64,000 nt of DNA. Origin: Tubiluchus corallicola. Its lineage: Eukaryota > Animalia > Priapulida. This document shows positions 1 through 13,444 of this stretch, one piece after another (positions within the stretch are counted from its first letter, which is position 1; the number at the start of each line of letters is the position of its first letter). The stretch lies in the NCBI GenBank assembly GCA_030141605.1, contig JAQGDQ010000185.1, forward strand, positions 310,001 through 374,000, written 5' to 3'. Both the position numbers and the translations under genes were made by a program. The notes beneath the pieces were generated by a model. The model was not told the origin of the DNA. It searched no databases and worked only from the letters and a program-made list of their open reading frames with translations.

Positions 1-47
1 GATACGAAATCCTGAACAAGTACTGAGGTACCGAAACTCAGTAATAC

Positions 48-1121
48 ATGCAAATTATGGCACTTTCATTATCATACAGTGATAATTATTCTAGTTCTGT
101 AGCAAACGAAAGCACAATATGTGAACAAGCGGAGGAAGATTGCGAGAACCATAAACAAGATGTTTTTGCCGCAAGATTTTTACTCATTTTTCAGTTCGCA
201 GTAATATTTTTGATTATTTTCAACAATTTGCTAGTAATAATTTCGGTGGCTCGTGAAAAATTCTTCGGAGAGAAGAAATACTGGTTCGTAACAAACTTAG
301 CGATGGCTGATCTCGTTTTCGGCTTTTCACTAGTTATATACATTACAGAAGCATTTCTTCCATATAATAAGATACGCTGTGGCTTTCAATTAGGCCTGAT
401 CTGTGTGAGCATGATCTGCTCATCCCTAAATCTTGTTGCCGTTACCTTTGACATGTATTTAGCTATAACAAAACCACTTCAGTACCATCGAATAATGACA
501 CCAACACGAGCGAAACTGATCATTCTGGCAACTTGGTGCATCAGTATTTTTTGGTTTTGTATTCTTTTCTATTGTGCAATGAAGAACTTGCATAACGAGT
601 GCACATTCAGAGAGATAGGAAGTTTGGGATTTTCTCTGTTCATGGTGGCTTTTTGCGATTTTTTGCCGACAGGTATCATGGCGGCCTTGTATGCGAAAAT
701 CCTTAAGGTTGCCAGAAGACAGGCGAAAATAACACAACAGCAGGAAAACAGCCAATCTGTAGCATCAGTACAAGAAAGTGCAATGGCTGCAAGAACCGGC
801 AGCAACGGTACTTTAACTGTAGCTCACTCCAGCTTTGCAAATTCCGCTGAAGTGAAGCTAAAAACACCAAGTGTCAGGCGTCAGCTCAAGATCGCTGGAA
901 CCATTGTGCTCATTGTGGGGACATTCGTAGTCACGTGGACTGCTTATTTTCTCGCAGTACTCCTAATGAAAACTAGGACTGTGCCAGTAAACTCCAGCTT
1001 ATTGAATGTTTTAGGGTTTCTAGCAAGTGCAAACTCATTCACAAATGCTTTTTTCTATGCATGGCGAAGCAAAAATATGAGAAAAGCATTTTGGAAAACC
1101 CTACACATTAAGCATGGTTAA
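48..1121 (+). CDS. Intronless class A (rhodopsin-like) GPCR, adenosine/amine/melanocortin-receptor-like orphan, 357 aa
   Basis: Seven hydrophobic segments; TM1 FNNLLVI, TM2 NLAMADL, TM3 AVTFDMYLAITKPLQY, TM4 W, TM5 P...LY, TM7 NSFTNAFFY, helix 8 MRKAF; N-terminal N-glycosylation sequons (NYS, NES). Confidence 0.93.
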   Translation: MQIMALSLSYSDNYSSSVANESTICEQAEEDCENHKQDVFAARFLLIFQFAVIFLIIFNNLLVIISVAREKFFGEKKYWFVTNLAMADLVFGFSLVIYITEAFLPYNKIRCGFQLGLICVSMICSSLNLVAVTFDMYLAITKPLQYHRIMTPTRAKLIILATWCISIFWFCILFYCAMKNLHNECTFREIGSLGFSLFMVAFCDFLPTGIMAALYAKILKVARRQAKITQQQENSQSVASVQESAMAARTGSNGTLTVAHSSFANSAEVKLKTPSVRRQLKIAGTIVLIVGTFVVTWTAYFLAVLLMKTRTVPVNSSLLNVLGFLASANSFTNAFFYAWRSKNMRKAFWKTLHIKHG

Positions 1122-2406
1122 AAATACATGTGTAGGTTATATATATATATATATCGATAATTGGGAGGGTATCATGCATGTGTGGGCCGTCCCAAAATGT
1201 TGATTAAACTACCTCGCCGTGAATTATATGAAGCCTGGTAATTGTTGGTTTTTATCAAGTTGTACTAAAACAAAGAATCATTAGTTTATGGCCATAAATC
1301 TGAGTTTTAATATTTTAATAATAACAGTATTGTATTGTAAGTTCAATTTTATACAAGGAACGAAAATATTTGTTTTTAGCACATAAATTAGATTAATATT
1401 TCATCAAAAACATATTATAAAAAATAAAAAACGTTTAGTCTTCTGTATTCGCTACTTACTTATGTCCAAATAAAACTCTTGAATTCTTGAAACTTCAAAT
1501 TCACTCAGATTAGTCATTTTTAATTTTTAAATAGTCTTTTTACTGGTAGATAATTAGCTGTAGCCAGTTTACAAGTATAACAGGTGCATGAGTTTTATTT
1601 GCAATGGTCTAAGCAATGTTAGACATATTCACAACATTCACCTATTTCACACTTTATAGTTGAGTAAAATGTGGCACGTTTACAAATATAGACTGACAAT
1701 GTTTGGACTATTGCGTCGATTATGTATCAAGGGGCTTTATATTAGCACAAGAACAATACCCTCATCCAGTACCTGCAGCTGTTATTATGCTCATGATATC
1801 TATGTCTTTTCATCTTAATGGTTAGCTTTAAACATAAGTACTGTACATGTATTGAAAATCTCAGTTAAAGTATATGGATAGCATTAACGTGATACTATAC
1901 AAGATATTTTAGCTGATTAACAATTAAGATAGTGTGATTTTCAAAGGATCAATTAAGTATTATAGAACAACATTAATACTCGCTAGAATAAAAAAAACGA
2001 AAGAAAATAATTGAATATGATTATCTATTTGGGAGTTGATTTTTTTGAACCAAAGAACCAACCTGATAACTTTCACTGTTTTTCTCAAAAAGAAATTTTT
2101 TAATTCACACTGAATTTTCGTTTCATCACTATAAATATATATGATGTGTAAGTTTGCCAGTTGAAATAGAAATATTGGAAAGACGAATTATACCGAATGT
2201 TGCATGTGCAATATAAGAAATCGTTTTGGTAACAGGCCTTCTGCAAAATGAACCAAATGCAGTTCAGAGAGTGGCGAAGACATCACCTGTGCAGACAAGA
2301 AAGAGAGACATCTAATAGCTACCTTACCAATAAGCTTTACTAAATTAACGTTACACATGGCCTATGCAATACCAGCGTACCAATAAATATAAAACCTAGA
2401 AGCAAT

Positions 2407-3450
2407 ATGAATGCAACACTTTCTCATTGGTAGCGTAATTATTCAACCTTTGTAACAAATGAAAGAGAATATGTGAAAAAGAAGAATATAACGGTAACGG
2501 TGAAAAGATTTGTGTTCGGGTAATACTACCACTTTTTTAATTCACCGTAATATTTCTAATAGTTTTTAACAATATGTTAGTGATAATGTCCATGGTTCGT
2601 GAAAAATTCTTTGGAGAGAAAATTTACTGGTACTTAGAGTAAACGCAGCAGTGGCTAATTCTGGTATGTGGTTTGTCCCTGATTATGGATACTTTTGGAA
2701 ACTTTCCCCCATATAATAAACATTATGTAGCTTGCGAATGCGTTTAACGTCTGTGAGAGTCGTACGTTCATCTCTAAATGTTGTTGTTGTTACATTTAGT
2801 ACGCATCTGGCTATAACAAAATCACTTCACTATCATCAAATAAGGACCCACGAGTCAGCGCGAGCCAACTTGACCATTTTCGTCACCTGGTGTATCAATT
2901 TTTTATGGTTCGTGGCTATTTTCTACTGAATAATGAAGCATAATGAAGAACTTGCCTAATTTCTGCACATTTAGACACATTGTATCTTTGTGCTTTTCGT
3001 TGCTCATTCCACTTTATTGCGACCTTCTGCCAACTGTAGCAATGGAATTCATGTACAATGAAATTCTCAAAGTTCCCAGAAAACAAGCAAAAAGTATGCA
3101 TCAGCATGAAATAGAAAATCGACAAAGTCAATGAAAGACATCGGTGAGACCCCACAAGCAAGTACCAGCACATTATTCGCAACAACGTTCCGGACACATT
3201 CAACAACTATTAGCCTTTCTAACTCTTAAGAAATTGCCAAGAAGCTCGAGCTCCCTAACGTCAGACGTAAACTCAGTTTTGCTGGAACTATTACGCTCGT
3301 TATTGGAAGCTTTGCAGTCACTTGGACATTATATTTTGTAGCACTGTTCCTCACCGTAATGGCTGTGTTTTCACTTCATTCACCAATGTTTTTTCTACGC
3401 GTGGCGGAGCAACAACACGAGGAATACATTTCGAAAACTCTACTCCTTAA
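2407..3450 (+). pseudogene. Frameshifted GPCR pseudogene, paralog of 48-1121
   Basis: Colinear DNA similarity to the 48-1121 gene (e.g. ttcgtgaaaaattctttggagagaaa, gctataacaaaatcacttcactatcatc, atgaagaacttgc, ttcaccaatgttttttctacgcgtggcggagc), broken by stops, frameshifts and a deletion near TM6-TM7. Confidence 0.9.
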
Positions 3451-5183
3451 TAAGCAACTTAAAAGTATCTAACGAAGGGGCCATGATTGTCTTCAATTCT
3501 AGTTTTATCAAAAAAATGATAAGCTTTCGTTTAGAAATGTTCAGTTAAAACGCACTTTGCAAAAACAATCATTGCAGAGCGAAAACAGTTTATTCAACGT
3601 AAAATTCACACCTAGACAATTAATCAATCCATTTTTATCACAAAGAAACAAAAAATGGGTTGTTATTATAGGAACTACATAAAACTGGAAGAGTTGCTTG
3701 AAAATCCTATGACGTTATATCAATTAATCTTGCATTAATTAGTGTTTTTGATTTTTCACAGAACCTTCCATCCTTTAAAGTAGTAAGATATAGGCCATAA
3801 ATGTTGATTTCTGCTGATGAAGCCCGTGAAGAAAGCTTCTGTGAAAAAATAACATTGAGACTTTGACACTTTGACCAATCGGCACTTTGACTTCTTTACG
3901 ATTATGACCATGGCAAATCTTAGAAAGCACTATCTTGTTTTCAAATTAACTAGTTTTGTTGAACAATTGACGCATTGATGCTACGTATACAAATCTTACC
4001 TGAAAAATATTTGTGTAGGCTTTACATACAGGTTTATATTAATTCTAAATTTAACTAACAAGGATGGATGTGAAACATCGATGTGAAATTTAAACAACTC
4101 GTCTTTTACTTCCCACCCTAAGCCGAACAGTGCAAAACAACTTTATTTAATTGCTCGAGCATTGTTGCCGAATTGAAAAATATTTACTACATCAAATGCG
4201 TGCATTGTGTGATTATAGTTGTCTATTACAGACAGACATTAGCTCAGTTAACAGATCGATATAATGAGTTTCTCCTAAGCGTTTTCAATGCTCTTCAGAA
4301 GAACGCTCATACGTAGAGTATTGTCCAAGAAGCCTGCAAAACTTTTGATCAATTTACTGCCTTTTGATCAACTTACGATTGTGGGGAGAAAGTGCAAACG
4401 TTTGTGTTTCCTGGCACAGCTGATTTAACAACACTTGGCTTCTTCTGTTAGGGATGCAACGAATTAGGTTGCGGCGTTACGATGTAAAAACAAGCCCAGA
4501 CGGCTGGCAGAGGACGTATAAAACAAGTAATGCCAGAACCAACAAAGTGTGATATCTAGCCTTAAAGTGTTCAAGCACTCCGGTTAGTTCTTGCTATTGT
4601 GCCAGAATTGTTTTTATTACTGAGGTTTGTCGGCTATTTCGAGATGTGGTGACAATGCGTCAAAAATAGATTAGTGAAAAGAGTTTTTTGTATGTTGATA
4701 CAAGAAGTAAACGCCGGTGTGACGACAATATCCATTTACTTTCATCTAATATTATAGGAGCTTACCAAAAAGTTCCTCAAAATACTGTGATACTTTTCGG
4801 TTGAACTACGTACAGAACAGACTTAGAAGACATGAATGAAGACTCTAAAAACAGAAATATGAAGTTTTAATAATTACAATCCCGAACAAGATTTTTGAGG
4901 TTAAAACAATGAGAAGTGTCTAGATATTCTTCAAACCTAAGTCACGTGTTTAAAAATTAAACAGTTTATCCTAAATACTGCTTCCAGAACTTTTTTATAT
5001 TAAGGATGTCACGTACACCCTTTGCGGCCGTGATTTCGCTTCGCATTTCGCATTACGGAGTCAATCACAATATTTATTAAAAGTGATTTTACAGATCCGA
5101 CAAATAGTTTTTAAAAAGTTAAAATGTAATAATTAATACAAAAGAAAAATTTAGATACACCAACAGAAGTTGTGACTTGCTTA

Positions 5184-6188
5184 ATGCATAATAATACTAT
5201 GGATGGCTCTAGTTTAATTCACGTCAACTATACAGTGAATTCAACTCGCGGAGACTTTCAAAGGATCAGCAGCTTATCCACCTACGTCCAGTTCACTTTC
5301 CAGTGCATTATAGTGATCCTTATAGTCTTCAATAACTCTCTAGTTATCATATCACTGATCAGAGACAAGTTCTTCGGCGAAATCAAGTACTGGTTCATCA
5401 CTAACTTGGCCGTTGCGGATCTCATGTGTGGTTTATCCCTGATCATGTATAACGTTGGTTTATTTCTACGTTACCACGTCAAACTTCTTTGCAGTGCAAA
5501 ATTCTCGTTGATGTTTTGTTCGCTGATTTGTTCCGCTTTGAACCTTGTAGCCGTGACTGCCGACATGTACGTGGCCATAACCAGGCCACTGCGTTATCAT
5601 CAACTGGTTACGGAAAAGCACGCCAAAGCTGCCATTGTGGTAATCTGGTTAATTGGAGCGGCTGCTTTTGCCAGCATCACAGTCAATGGTAAGAAATTCC
5701 TCGGACCTGATTGCAGAATAGTGGACATGGGTAACATTCAGAGCTTGGTCGCAGCAACCATTGCTTGTGTGGTGCTTCCTTCCTGTGTGATGGTATTCCT
5801 TTATACCAAAATGCTTAAAATCGCTTGGAGTCAGGCGAAAGTCGCTCCATTTCCCAAGAGCCAAGAGTCAACTACCAAAGTTGCTATAGCACATCATGGA
5901 GACCAACACCTGGAGGAAAACCAGCAACGACCTCAACATCACAGAACACTACGAAGACAAATGAGGACAGTTGGAACAATTGTCTTAATCGTTGCCAGCT
6001 TTGTTTTCACCTGGTTTTTGTTTTTTGGCTTCATGCTTGCAATAAAATCTGGTATCATCGCTTACAGTAGAAGCTTGTTGATCATACTGGGTTTTCTAGC
6101 AAGTGTTAATTCTTTCACCAATGTCTTTTTTTACGCATGGCGTAGCAAAGACTTGAGAAGAGCGTTCAGGAGAACGTTAAGGATCTAA
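5184..6188 (+). CDS. Intronless class A GPCR, second paralog (~334 aa from the first ATG)
   Basis: 7TM pattern with the same motifs as the first gene (FNNSLVI, NLAVADL, ADMYVAITRPLRY, NSFTNVFFYAWRSKDLRRAF). The ORF track starts at GTG 5172; the first ATG is 5184. Confidence 0.93.
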   Translation: MHNNTMDGSSLIHVNYTVNSTRGDFQRISSLSTYVQFTFQCIIVILIVFNNSLVIISLIRDKFFGEIKYWFITNLAVADLMCGLSLIMYNVGLFLRYHVKLLCSAKFSLMFCSLICSALNLVAVTADMYVAITRPLRYHQLVTEKHAKAAIVVIWLIGAAAFASITVNGKKFLGPDCRIVDMGNIQSLVAATIACVVLPSCVMVFLYTKMLKIAWSQAKVAPFPKSQESTTKVAIAHHGDQHLEENQQRPQHHRTLRRQMRTVGTIVLIVASFVFTWFLFFGFMLAIKSGIIAYSRSLLIILGFLASVNSFTNVFFYAWRSKDLRRAFRRTLRI

Positions 6189-6280
6189 AGCAACAATTTC
6201 GAAGAAAGACAGTTTAGACTTTAGACCACGACTTAAAATGGTCTACGGTAAAAGATATCTTCGGTGTACATATTGTTTTC

Positions 6281-6730
6281 TTAAAGTCAAACTATACCTT
6301 CACTATAACATAAGCTTTTACAACTTAAAATCCGACTCTCATTACAAATATTCAATTTATGTTATTATAAACTTGCTGTAAAACTTGTTTCTTTTGATTA
6401 TTTATCACTACGTTCTTAGCCGTATTAAATTTGAAGAACTGCCATTTTTCGTTGCGTGAGACGAATGACGTAACGAGGTCACCAAAAATCGGTAAACAAA
6501 TATCGGTAACCAAAGACGCTTTCTGTATACGTACGTCATTCTCGCTCATTCGCGCCAAAGACCCGATACATGGCGATCTTTACGGCAATGCACGCGCTCA
6601 AAATTCGCCAGAAAAAGGTAAGTTATTTAATTCATAAGTTTCTTCTATGTAAAAATCACTATGAATTCTTTGTGTAATCACAATAATGCGTTAAAAAACT
6701 TCAATGTCCGTTGAGGTTATGTGTCTTTAA
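6281..6730. mobile_element. Possible Kolobok-like non-autonomous DNA element
   Basis: Bounded by TTAAAG...CTTTAA with only weak terminal similarity; internal inverted pair gagacgaatgacgta / tacgtcattctcgctc; CpG-richer than flanks. Confidence 0.25.
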
Positions 6731-8340
6731 GAGTGATATCCATTGAAGCTTAAACATACTTTCCTTATATTTTACCGTTTCATACACCAGTAAAAATACG
6801 CACAGTACGGGCCCCAACAGGTACAAATTATTTTAAGTACAAATACAATGGTTACGTCGGGCAACTGCAAAAAAAATATGCGTCACCCCACAACAAATTT
6901 GATATTTGAAATTGTGAAGTTAAATTAGGTTTTGTTGTCAATTAATTGTATCAGGACGTAAATTAAGCTTTTAATCTAATATTTTTGTCAGGAAATGGTT
7001 TGGAATTATTAAAAGTAACAAAATGTACGTTGCACTTACATCAAAATCAGTTTTAGTCTAAAATATTGTTTTGTTTTTATTGAAACTTCTGGCATAAACT
7101 TAACTTCATCGTCTGTCAATACAGTAAGACAGGTCTACTTACGTAATATGCTTTCAGCTAAGCAAACGCATCACAAACAAGCTAATAAACGAAGCAATGA
7201 CCTTTCTATCAGTGACAGTGGAAAAAGCGACCTAACTGCAAGAACGACAACAACAGCAGCAATAACAACATCATAGCAAAGATAAAAATAGTGACAAGAA
7301 TTAAGATTAAGGCAACGGCAGTAACATGGGGACAACAACGATAACGACAACGGTAATGATAGTGACCATGGAAAATCTATATAAACATTGAATAACGTTA
7401 ACAATTAACAATGATAATAAATAATAACAACGACAATCGCAACGGCAACAACAAGAATGGCATCATGCATCAGTGAGGACAGTGGCAGAGGTCGCAGAGG
7501 CGCTAGCAATAACAATATTATTCACAATGTCAACGATACGACAACGGATGCATGCCAACAAAAATAATAACGTGTAAGCCAATGTTCTTCTAGTAGCATA
7601 AATAAAATTAAATTCAATGCTAAATGGTTAATACTAAAGATACAGAAACGCTCATTTATAATAACATTGCACTATGGTGTATTATCACAGGTAGTCTCCA
7701 TTATTTTCATTGATAACTAACAATACAAATGGCTAATTCAGATAACCCTTAATAATCATAGCTCACGCTTTCACTGAACATCTAGGTGGTCTGATGCTTG
7801 TGTAATTACATTAAATTGTGGGTTTTTAGTCTCATTGTTGGCTTGTGGTGCCATCTCGCGAAAGATAACTGTACTACGATTTTACGAAGATTCACAATAA
7901 CAGGTTAATTTCCCCCTTTTCTCTGACTAGTTACATTTGAGACTTTAGGCGATGTTTTAGATTGAAAATACAGCATCGTCTATGTGCATGCAGAAAAACA
8001 TATAGAAAAGAAACTCTTGTCATTGCTGAGTTAAAATTACAGTTTATAACCACTGTAATACATAAGCTAGGTTTATTCGTCAGTGATTGAAATATTAAAT
8101 TTTAAAACGCTATCACAATAGAGCACAAATCACATTAAATTTCATCAGTCCTTACATAACAGAAAATTGACGTACGCCTCAATAGGCTAATTAGAAGGAA
8201 CATAATACTTCACCTACAACTGTACACCTGTATTTAATCATGTGATGTTTAAACATGTATAAGTTACATGGTACATCTGCTGTGTTTCAAACAAATTCGT
8301 GCACAGTTTCATAATAACCTTTGTTAAGTAACAGATCAGT

Positions 8341-8530
8341 TTATGAATGAATGAATGAATGAATGAATAAATGAATGAATGAATGAACGAACGAACGAAC
8401 GAACGAACGAACGGATTGATGGATGGATGGATGGATGGATGGATGGATGGATGGATGGATGGATGGATGGATGGATGGATGGATGGATGGATGTATGGAT
8501 GGATGGATGAATAAATGAATGAATGAATGA
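8341..8530. repeat. Compound tetranucleotide microsatellite (ATGA)n/(ACGA)n/(GGAT)n
   Basis: Directly visible. Confidence 0.95.
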
Positions 8531-9132
8531 CAAGCTTATTTAATTATAGCAGTTTAGCGGTTTAGCAGCAACTTTACTTTAGTTTATTTAACAATAGAAA
8601 TTTTCCAAGTTTCAAATTCTCAAATTTTCATAAAAGCTTAATAAGAGTGCTGAGCAAAATCAAATGTCTTTTTCTTTGGAGTTTAAATAAAATAAGCATC
8701 TGCATTCTTAGCTTTGCTTTGTCATAATCTCTCCGGCTTGTTAACACACATAAAATTGGTCATTTCACTTTTGCCCGCATACGTTATTAAAAAAGGCCGT
8801 TATTAATCTATTTTATTTCTATCTAACTATGCATTTTATTTCTAAGTCCCTACACTATCACACTTAATTAAGCTATAGTTTTCACTTAAGGATTTCATAT
8901 TCAAAACAAAATATTGTTGGAAGAGGGCGCCACACGAATATTAATAATCTTATTCTACTGGAAAGAAAATGGACTACCAGTACCAGTCATAGACATCCGA
9001 TAATGTCCACTTGTAATCAAATGAACTTAAGATGACAGACGAAAATAGTATCTCAAAAGGAGAACAGACATATATAAAACAAAAGCAGCTATAATGTACC
9101 AGAGCATAGTCACAATACGTTTAAGGCCACGA

Positions 9133-9176
9133 CAGTTAAACAGTGTTGAGTTTGGTGACTAAGTGGATGGGATTCC
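9133..9176 (+). mobile_element. Degenerate 5S rRNA-derived fragment (SINE relic)
   Basis: agttaaacagtgttgagtttggtgactaagtggatgggattcc resembles the 5S A-box to C-box segment. Confidence 0.35.
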
Positions 9177-11026
9177 GGGCTTTTGAGCGATTTTGTCTGT
9201 TATACTGCGACCTTAGCGAAGGGGCGAAAGCGGTGAATATACGTTCCAGCGTAGCAAAGACTCTCAGATGTGTTAATTCATAGTTTCTTCTCAGACGCTT
9301 AGCCTTGATATTTAGCTAATCAGCTAAGTACAATAATTAAAGACAGACAGTAAAATAATGATTATTGTAAACTTTTTAATGGCAATATCCACAATCTATG
9401 TACAACTACGCGGCGAACACTTGGTGTGGCGTATATTGTGCAAAGATTGTGGAGATAACAACTGAAAGAAACAGTAAGCATGTTAAGTTGGTACCCATTC
9501 ATGACACTCATTCTGAATGTAATTAATATTAGGTATTCTAAACAATGATAATATTGAATAAACAACTCAAGTTTAGTAGCGTATTAAATAACGTTTTATA
9601 AAAATTTGCCAGTGGCGATCTCAGCAGCGAAACTCTTGACGCAGCAGTGGCAGTGGTGCCGTTTTCCCCAAGAAACAACATTAATTTTACTAATATAGTT
9701 AATAAAGGCACGCGATATTACTGCCGCACTTTTGAAAATACTTTGTCAATAGACATCACCGCTGTCGCTACCACCTTGCCGGAATGGAGTACTGCGGCGG
9801 TCGTGCTGTTTAAATGTGAACCATGAAAACTCCAGTAGAGCTTAGTTGAGGAGAAAACACGACGATAAAATCGCTTTTTCCAAAAACCAGATTAAATCGT
9901 GAATTAGAAAAGTCAAACAGTGGAGATGTAATTAAATAAGCTTAGTCGACTGACCAGTTTCAGATAATTGTAGCGGCAAATAATCTACGCAGCTTTGCCG
10001 CAAAAAGAATTAGATCTAGCAACAGGTAAATCCTTTTTTAAACATAATCTACGTTATTAGATAAACTGTGCAGCATTGTTGTGAATATCATAGTCCAGCT
10101 CAGGTTGCAAGAGATTACCGACAGCATTATAGACTTATGAGTTAGCAAAATATAGGTGTTTTTGTTACCAGAGCTGCTTCTTGTGCAGATAAAATCTCAA
10201 GCATTTTAGACATATATGTTTTTTTATTAACTTACCCCTATACTACTCTACGCTTCGCTATGTTACACTACACTACATTACATTACACCATACTACACTA
10301 CATTACACTACACTTCATGGCTTTCTTTATGCATGATTGGTAAAATCAAAACAAAACTGAAAATGAAAAATGACAATCAGTGACGTCACTATCAGTCACG
10401 TGACGCCGATTACATGCTTGTGTTACAGTGGCCTACTTCTTAATTGGATCCACAATATCTTTCCGGCTTTGAGTTTCATTATTTTTAATACGAGGAAAAA
10501 TAAGCTAAAATTATTAGTGGTATTGCTTTTCCTACACGCGTTAATAGACTTCATTAAAACCAGACAGTGCTTAATTTCCGCTACGAAGTTAAATTATTAA
10601 AACTGATTCTATTAGTCTCCTCCAAACTGGTGAATTTAAAACCGGCTCTAATTATAAAAACAAATTAATCATTTTTGATGACTTTACAGTTGTTAAACTC
10701 CAATTGTGGTAGTTATATTCCTGTTATAAATACACTTGGCGTAAATTAACTTCGTACAACAGACGACGTAAATGATGTGTTGGGGCATTATAGTCGAACG
10801 ATTACTTTTACTAAATTACCAAAATTAACATGCGCGTTTTATTATGGTTACCTTGACAAATAGGTACGCCAAAATAAGTGAAATTAATAAAAATCGTGAT
10901 TGTTACGCCGAATTCTTGTTGTAGTCATCATTAAAATCTTAAAATCGTCCTTTTAAGATAAATTCGCTTTCACTTGTTCAATTTATAAGCCATAACGATA
11001 GTGCTTAATACGTTCACAAGTAAGCA

Positions 11027-11128
11027 AATAGAATAGAATAGAATAGAATAGAATAGAATAGAATAGAATAGAATAGAATAGAATAGAATAGAATAGAATA
11101 GAATAGAATAGAATAGAATAGAATAGAA
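11027..11128. repeat. (AATAG)n pentanucleotide microsatellite
   Basis: About 20 perfect units. Confidence 0.95.
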
Positions 11129-11312
11129 CAGAAATTTATTTTATACATTTATACAATAAAATTCCATGTGAACAATGTTTCCATAATTGTCCGAGCAGTT
11201 AGTAAAGGAAAGAGACTTGTTCAAGTAAGCAAATTACACACTAAAACTAAACATTTATAGACAATATTTTAATCAATATTCTTATCTAAAGCAGATAAAG
11301 TACCAGCTCTGT

Positions 11313-11470
<158 letters not shown>

Positions 11471-11491
11471 GCTTCAGCATCACGTACATTT

Positions 11492-11662
11492 AAATGTTAT
11501 TTACGTAGCATGGGTGCGGAATAAATAAAATCGGTTTATATTGTTTTCAATGCACTCATTTATGAAGCCTGTTCCTATAAAGGATGTGTTATTCTGTTTC
11601 CGCAGCTATTCCGCAGGTGGAAACGCATACGCATCCGGATGCTATGTAAACGCTACTTTAGG
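11492..11662 (+). mobile_element. MITE family A, copy 1
   Basis: Shares gtgcggaata.ataaaat..gtttatattgttttcaatgca and aaacgcatacgcatccggatg with the copies at 38488-38695 (inverted) and 44658-44862. Confidence 0.7.
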
Positions 11663-13295
11663 TTGCAATTCACGAAAATTATATTTAATGAATTTTGTCA
11701 ACAGCAGATCTGCTCAATTTTAAAGTAACTACTAACGATTTCAAATTCATATTAAAAATACAGATACGTAATAATTCATGTATATAGGTACATGAAATTC
11801 GTGAATATACATAATTAAAGGTATATGTTATTTAATTGTTTTCACGAATGTAAGCATCACCTTTGCTTTAGTAGTAGTAGTAGTTGCTTTACCAGAACCA
11901 AAAATAGTCTAAATGATAAAAGGTAGATTGAAAGAATTATGCTACTTGTTATTTGTTAAACAACAAGAAATGATTAAGCAGTTAAATTTTAAAGTAAATT
12001 GCAATTAGGAATCCTCGCTATCATTATTAGAACGTGATCCACTTCTGCCAAGCGGCCCGTGAGGAGGACGCACAGCTTCTAGTTAAGAAAAGGAAACCAT
12101 GAGGAAAATTTTTCGTGAGGTGTCTGTGTGAAATTTGCCACAGAAAGCAATGTTTTTCATTTTGGCAAGGAATCCAACAAGAAACTTTTCCTCTAGGAAT
12201 TTTCTTGCGTGCCCTCTTTCATTAATTCGATTGCGATTACAATTGCTGACATTTAATAATGATAATGAAATTTTAAAAATTGGGCACTTATTTGCATGCA
12301 TAACGTATCGGTGTATGTTTAATGTGTTATTATTTCCTGTGAGAGGTGATTATGAAATTGCTGTGATTATAATCGTCAATGCTGACACAGATCTGTCTAT
12401 CATACTGCAAACTAATTGCAATAAATGTTAATAATAGAGATGACGATAGTTTGGCAAAGATGTCTGTTATTTGCAGCACAGTAGTTGTACTAGATGGCAT
12501 ATGTAACAGAGTAGCAGTTTAAAAACTGTAAGCATGTGCGTAAGCTCAATTCAGACAAAATTCTGTAAAAACAGTAAAATGCCAAAAAAGAAAATGGCGT
12601 TGTCGACTGTTACCACACTTCCTCAAACTACAATGTAAGAAATTTATAATGTTTCCAATGTCCGTCATACAAAATTCATGCTGTCGTCCTTCATACACTA
12701 ACTACTCGCTGATGCAATCAGATGACAATGCAACAAGTTCTGCCATCTATTAGTAGCAATGCAAACCTTACTAAGTTGAAGCTACCTGTTCAATGTTTGT
12801 CCTCCTTATTCGTTTATGGTCTTTGTAAAAAAAAGAAGTCGTCTATTACAAAAATTGCTGTGCAAAAAGGAAAAACTTCTTGTTTGTTTAAATGGCAAAC
12901 TAAAGTGAAGCGCGAAAAAATTGTTGGCAATGAACGCAAAACCATCTGCGAATAACTACTTCAAGTTCTAGTAAGACTTACAGTTTTCTTTCTTTAGCAA
13001 TTAAAAACTCTGGCAATTAAAAATCATTTTAGCTGCAGGCTTGTCCACCAGGACGTACATTCAAGCAGTCATCAAAAAGCTGTTTTTCATTGTAACGCCG
13101 TCTAAATGCTATTAAACTGATCTAGATGTCAAGACAGTGTGAAAGAGGCTTTAGGCTGTTGACGGCAAAACAAAAACCAGTCAGGCAAACAGGACAGAGG
13201 CGGATTAGAAAAAAGCTTAAACTCGAGAAACAGTGTAACAATAGGCACACAGTTCTCGCTCGCAGAACCATAAATACCAAAGATACATCACTTAC

Positions 13296-13444
13296 TTCCA
13301 AATATCGAGAGTGAGAGTTTTGAAGGCGCTCTGTATCAGCTGACTGGCCTCTTCCTTCCCTCCACATTGGACATGGTTTACGCGCAAAACGACGTCACCT
13401 GCCTCTAAGCGACCGTCCTTTTTCGCCTTTCCCTCCGGCTCAAT
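13296..13444 (-). CDS. Shroom: Shroom-like PDZ protein, coding exon 2 (C-terminal half of PDZ)
   Basis: Acceptor ttctcgtggttttctag, donor gtaagt, 149 nt, phase 0 to 2. Encodes IEPEGKAKKDGRLEAGDVVLRVNHVQCGGKEEASQLIQSAFKTLTLDIW, matching the recalled SHROOM3 PDZ (VEEGGKADTLSSKLQAGDEVVHINEV...KEAVSLVKGSYKTLRLVVR). Not in the ORF track in this frame. Confidence 0.85.

Noticed and set aside
12027-12078. Possible Shroom exon 3 on the - strand (acceptor ttttcttaactag)
   Set aside because: In the required phase it reads KSCASSSRAAWQKWITF then stops, with no Shroom similarity and no donor. It could be a PDZ-only terminal exon but is unsupported.
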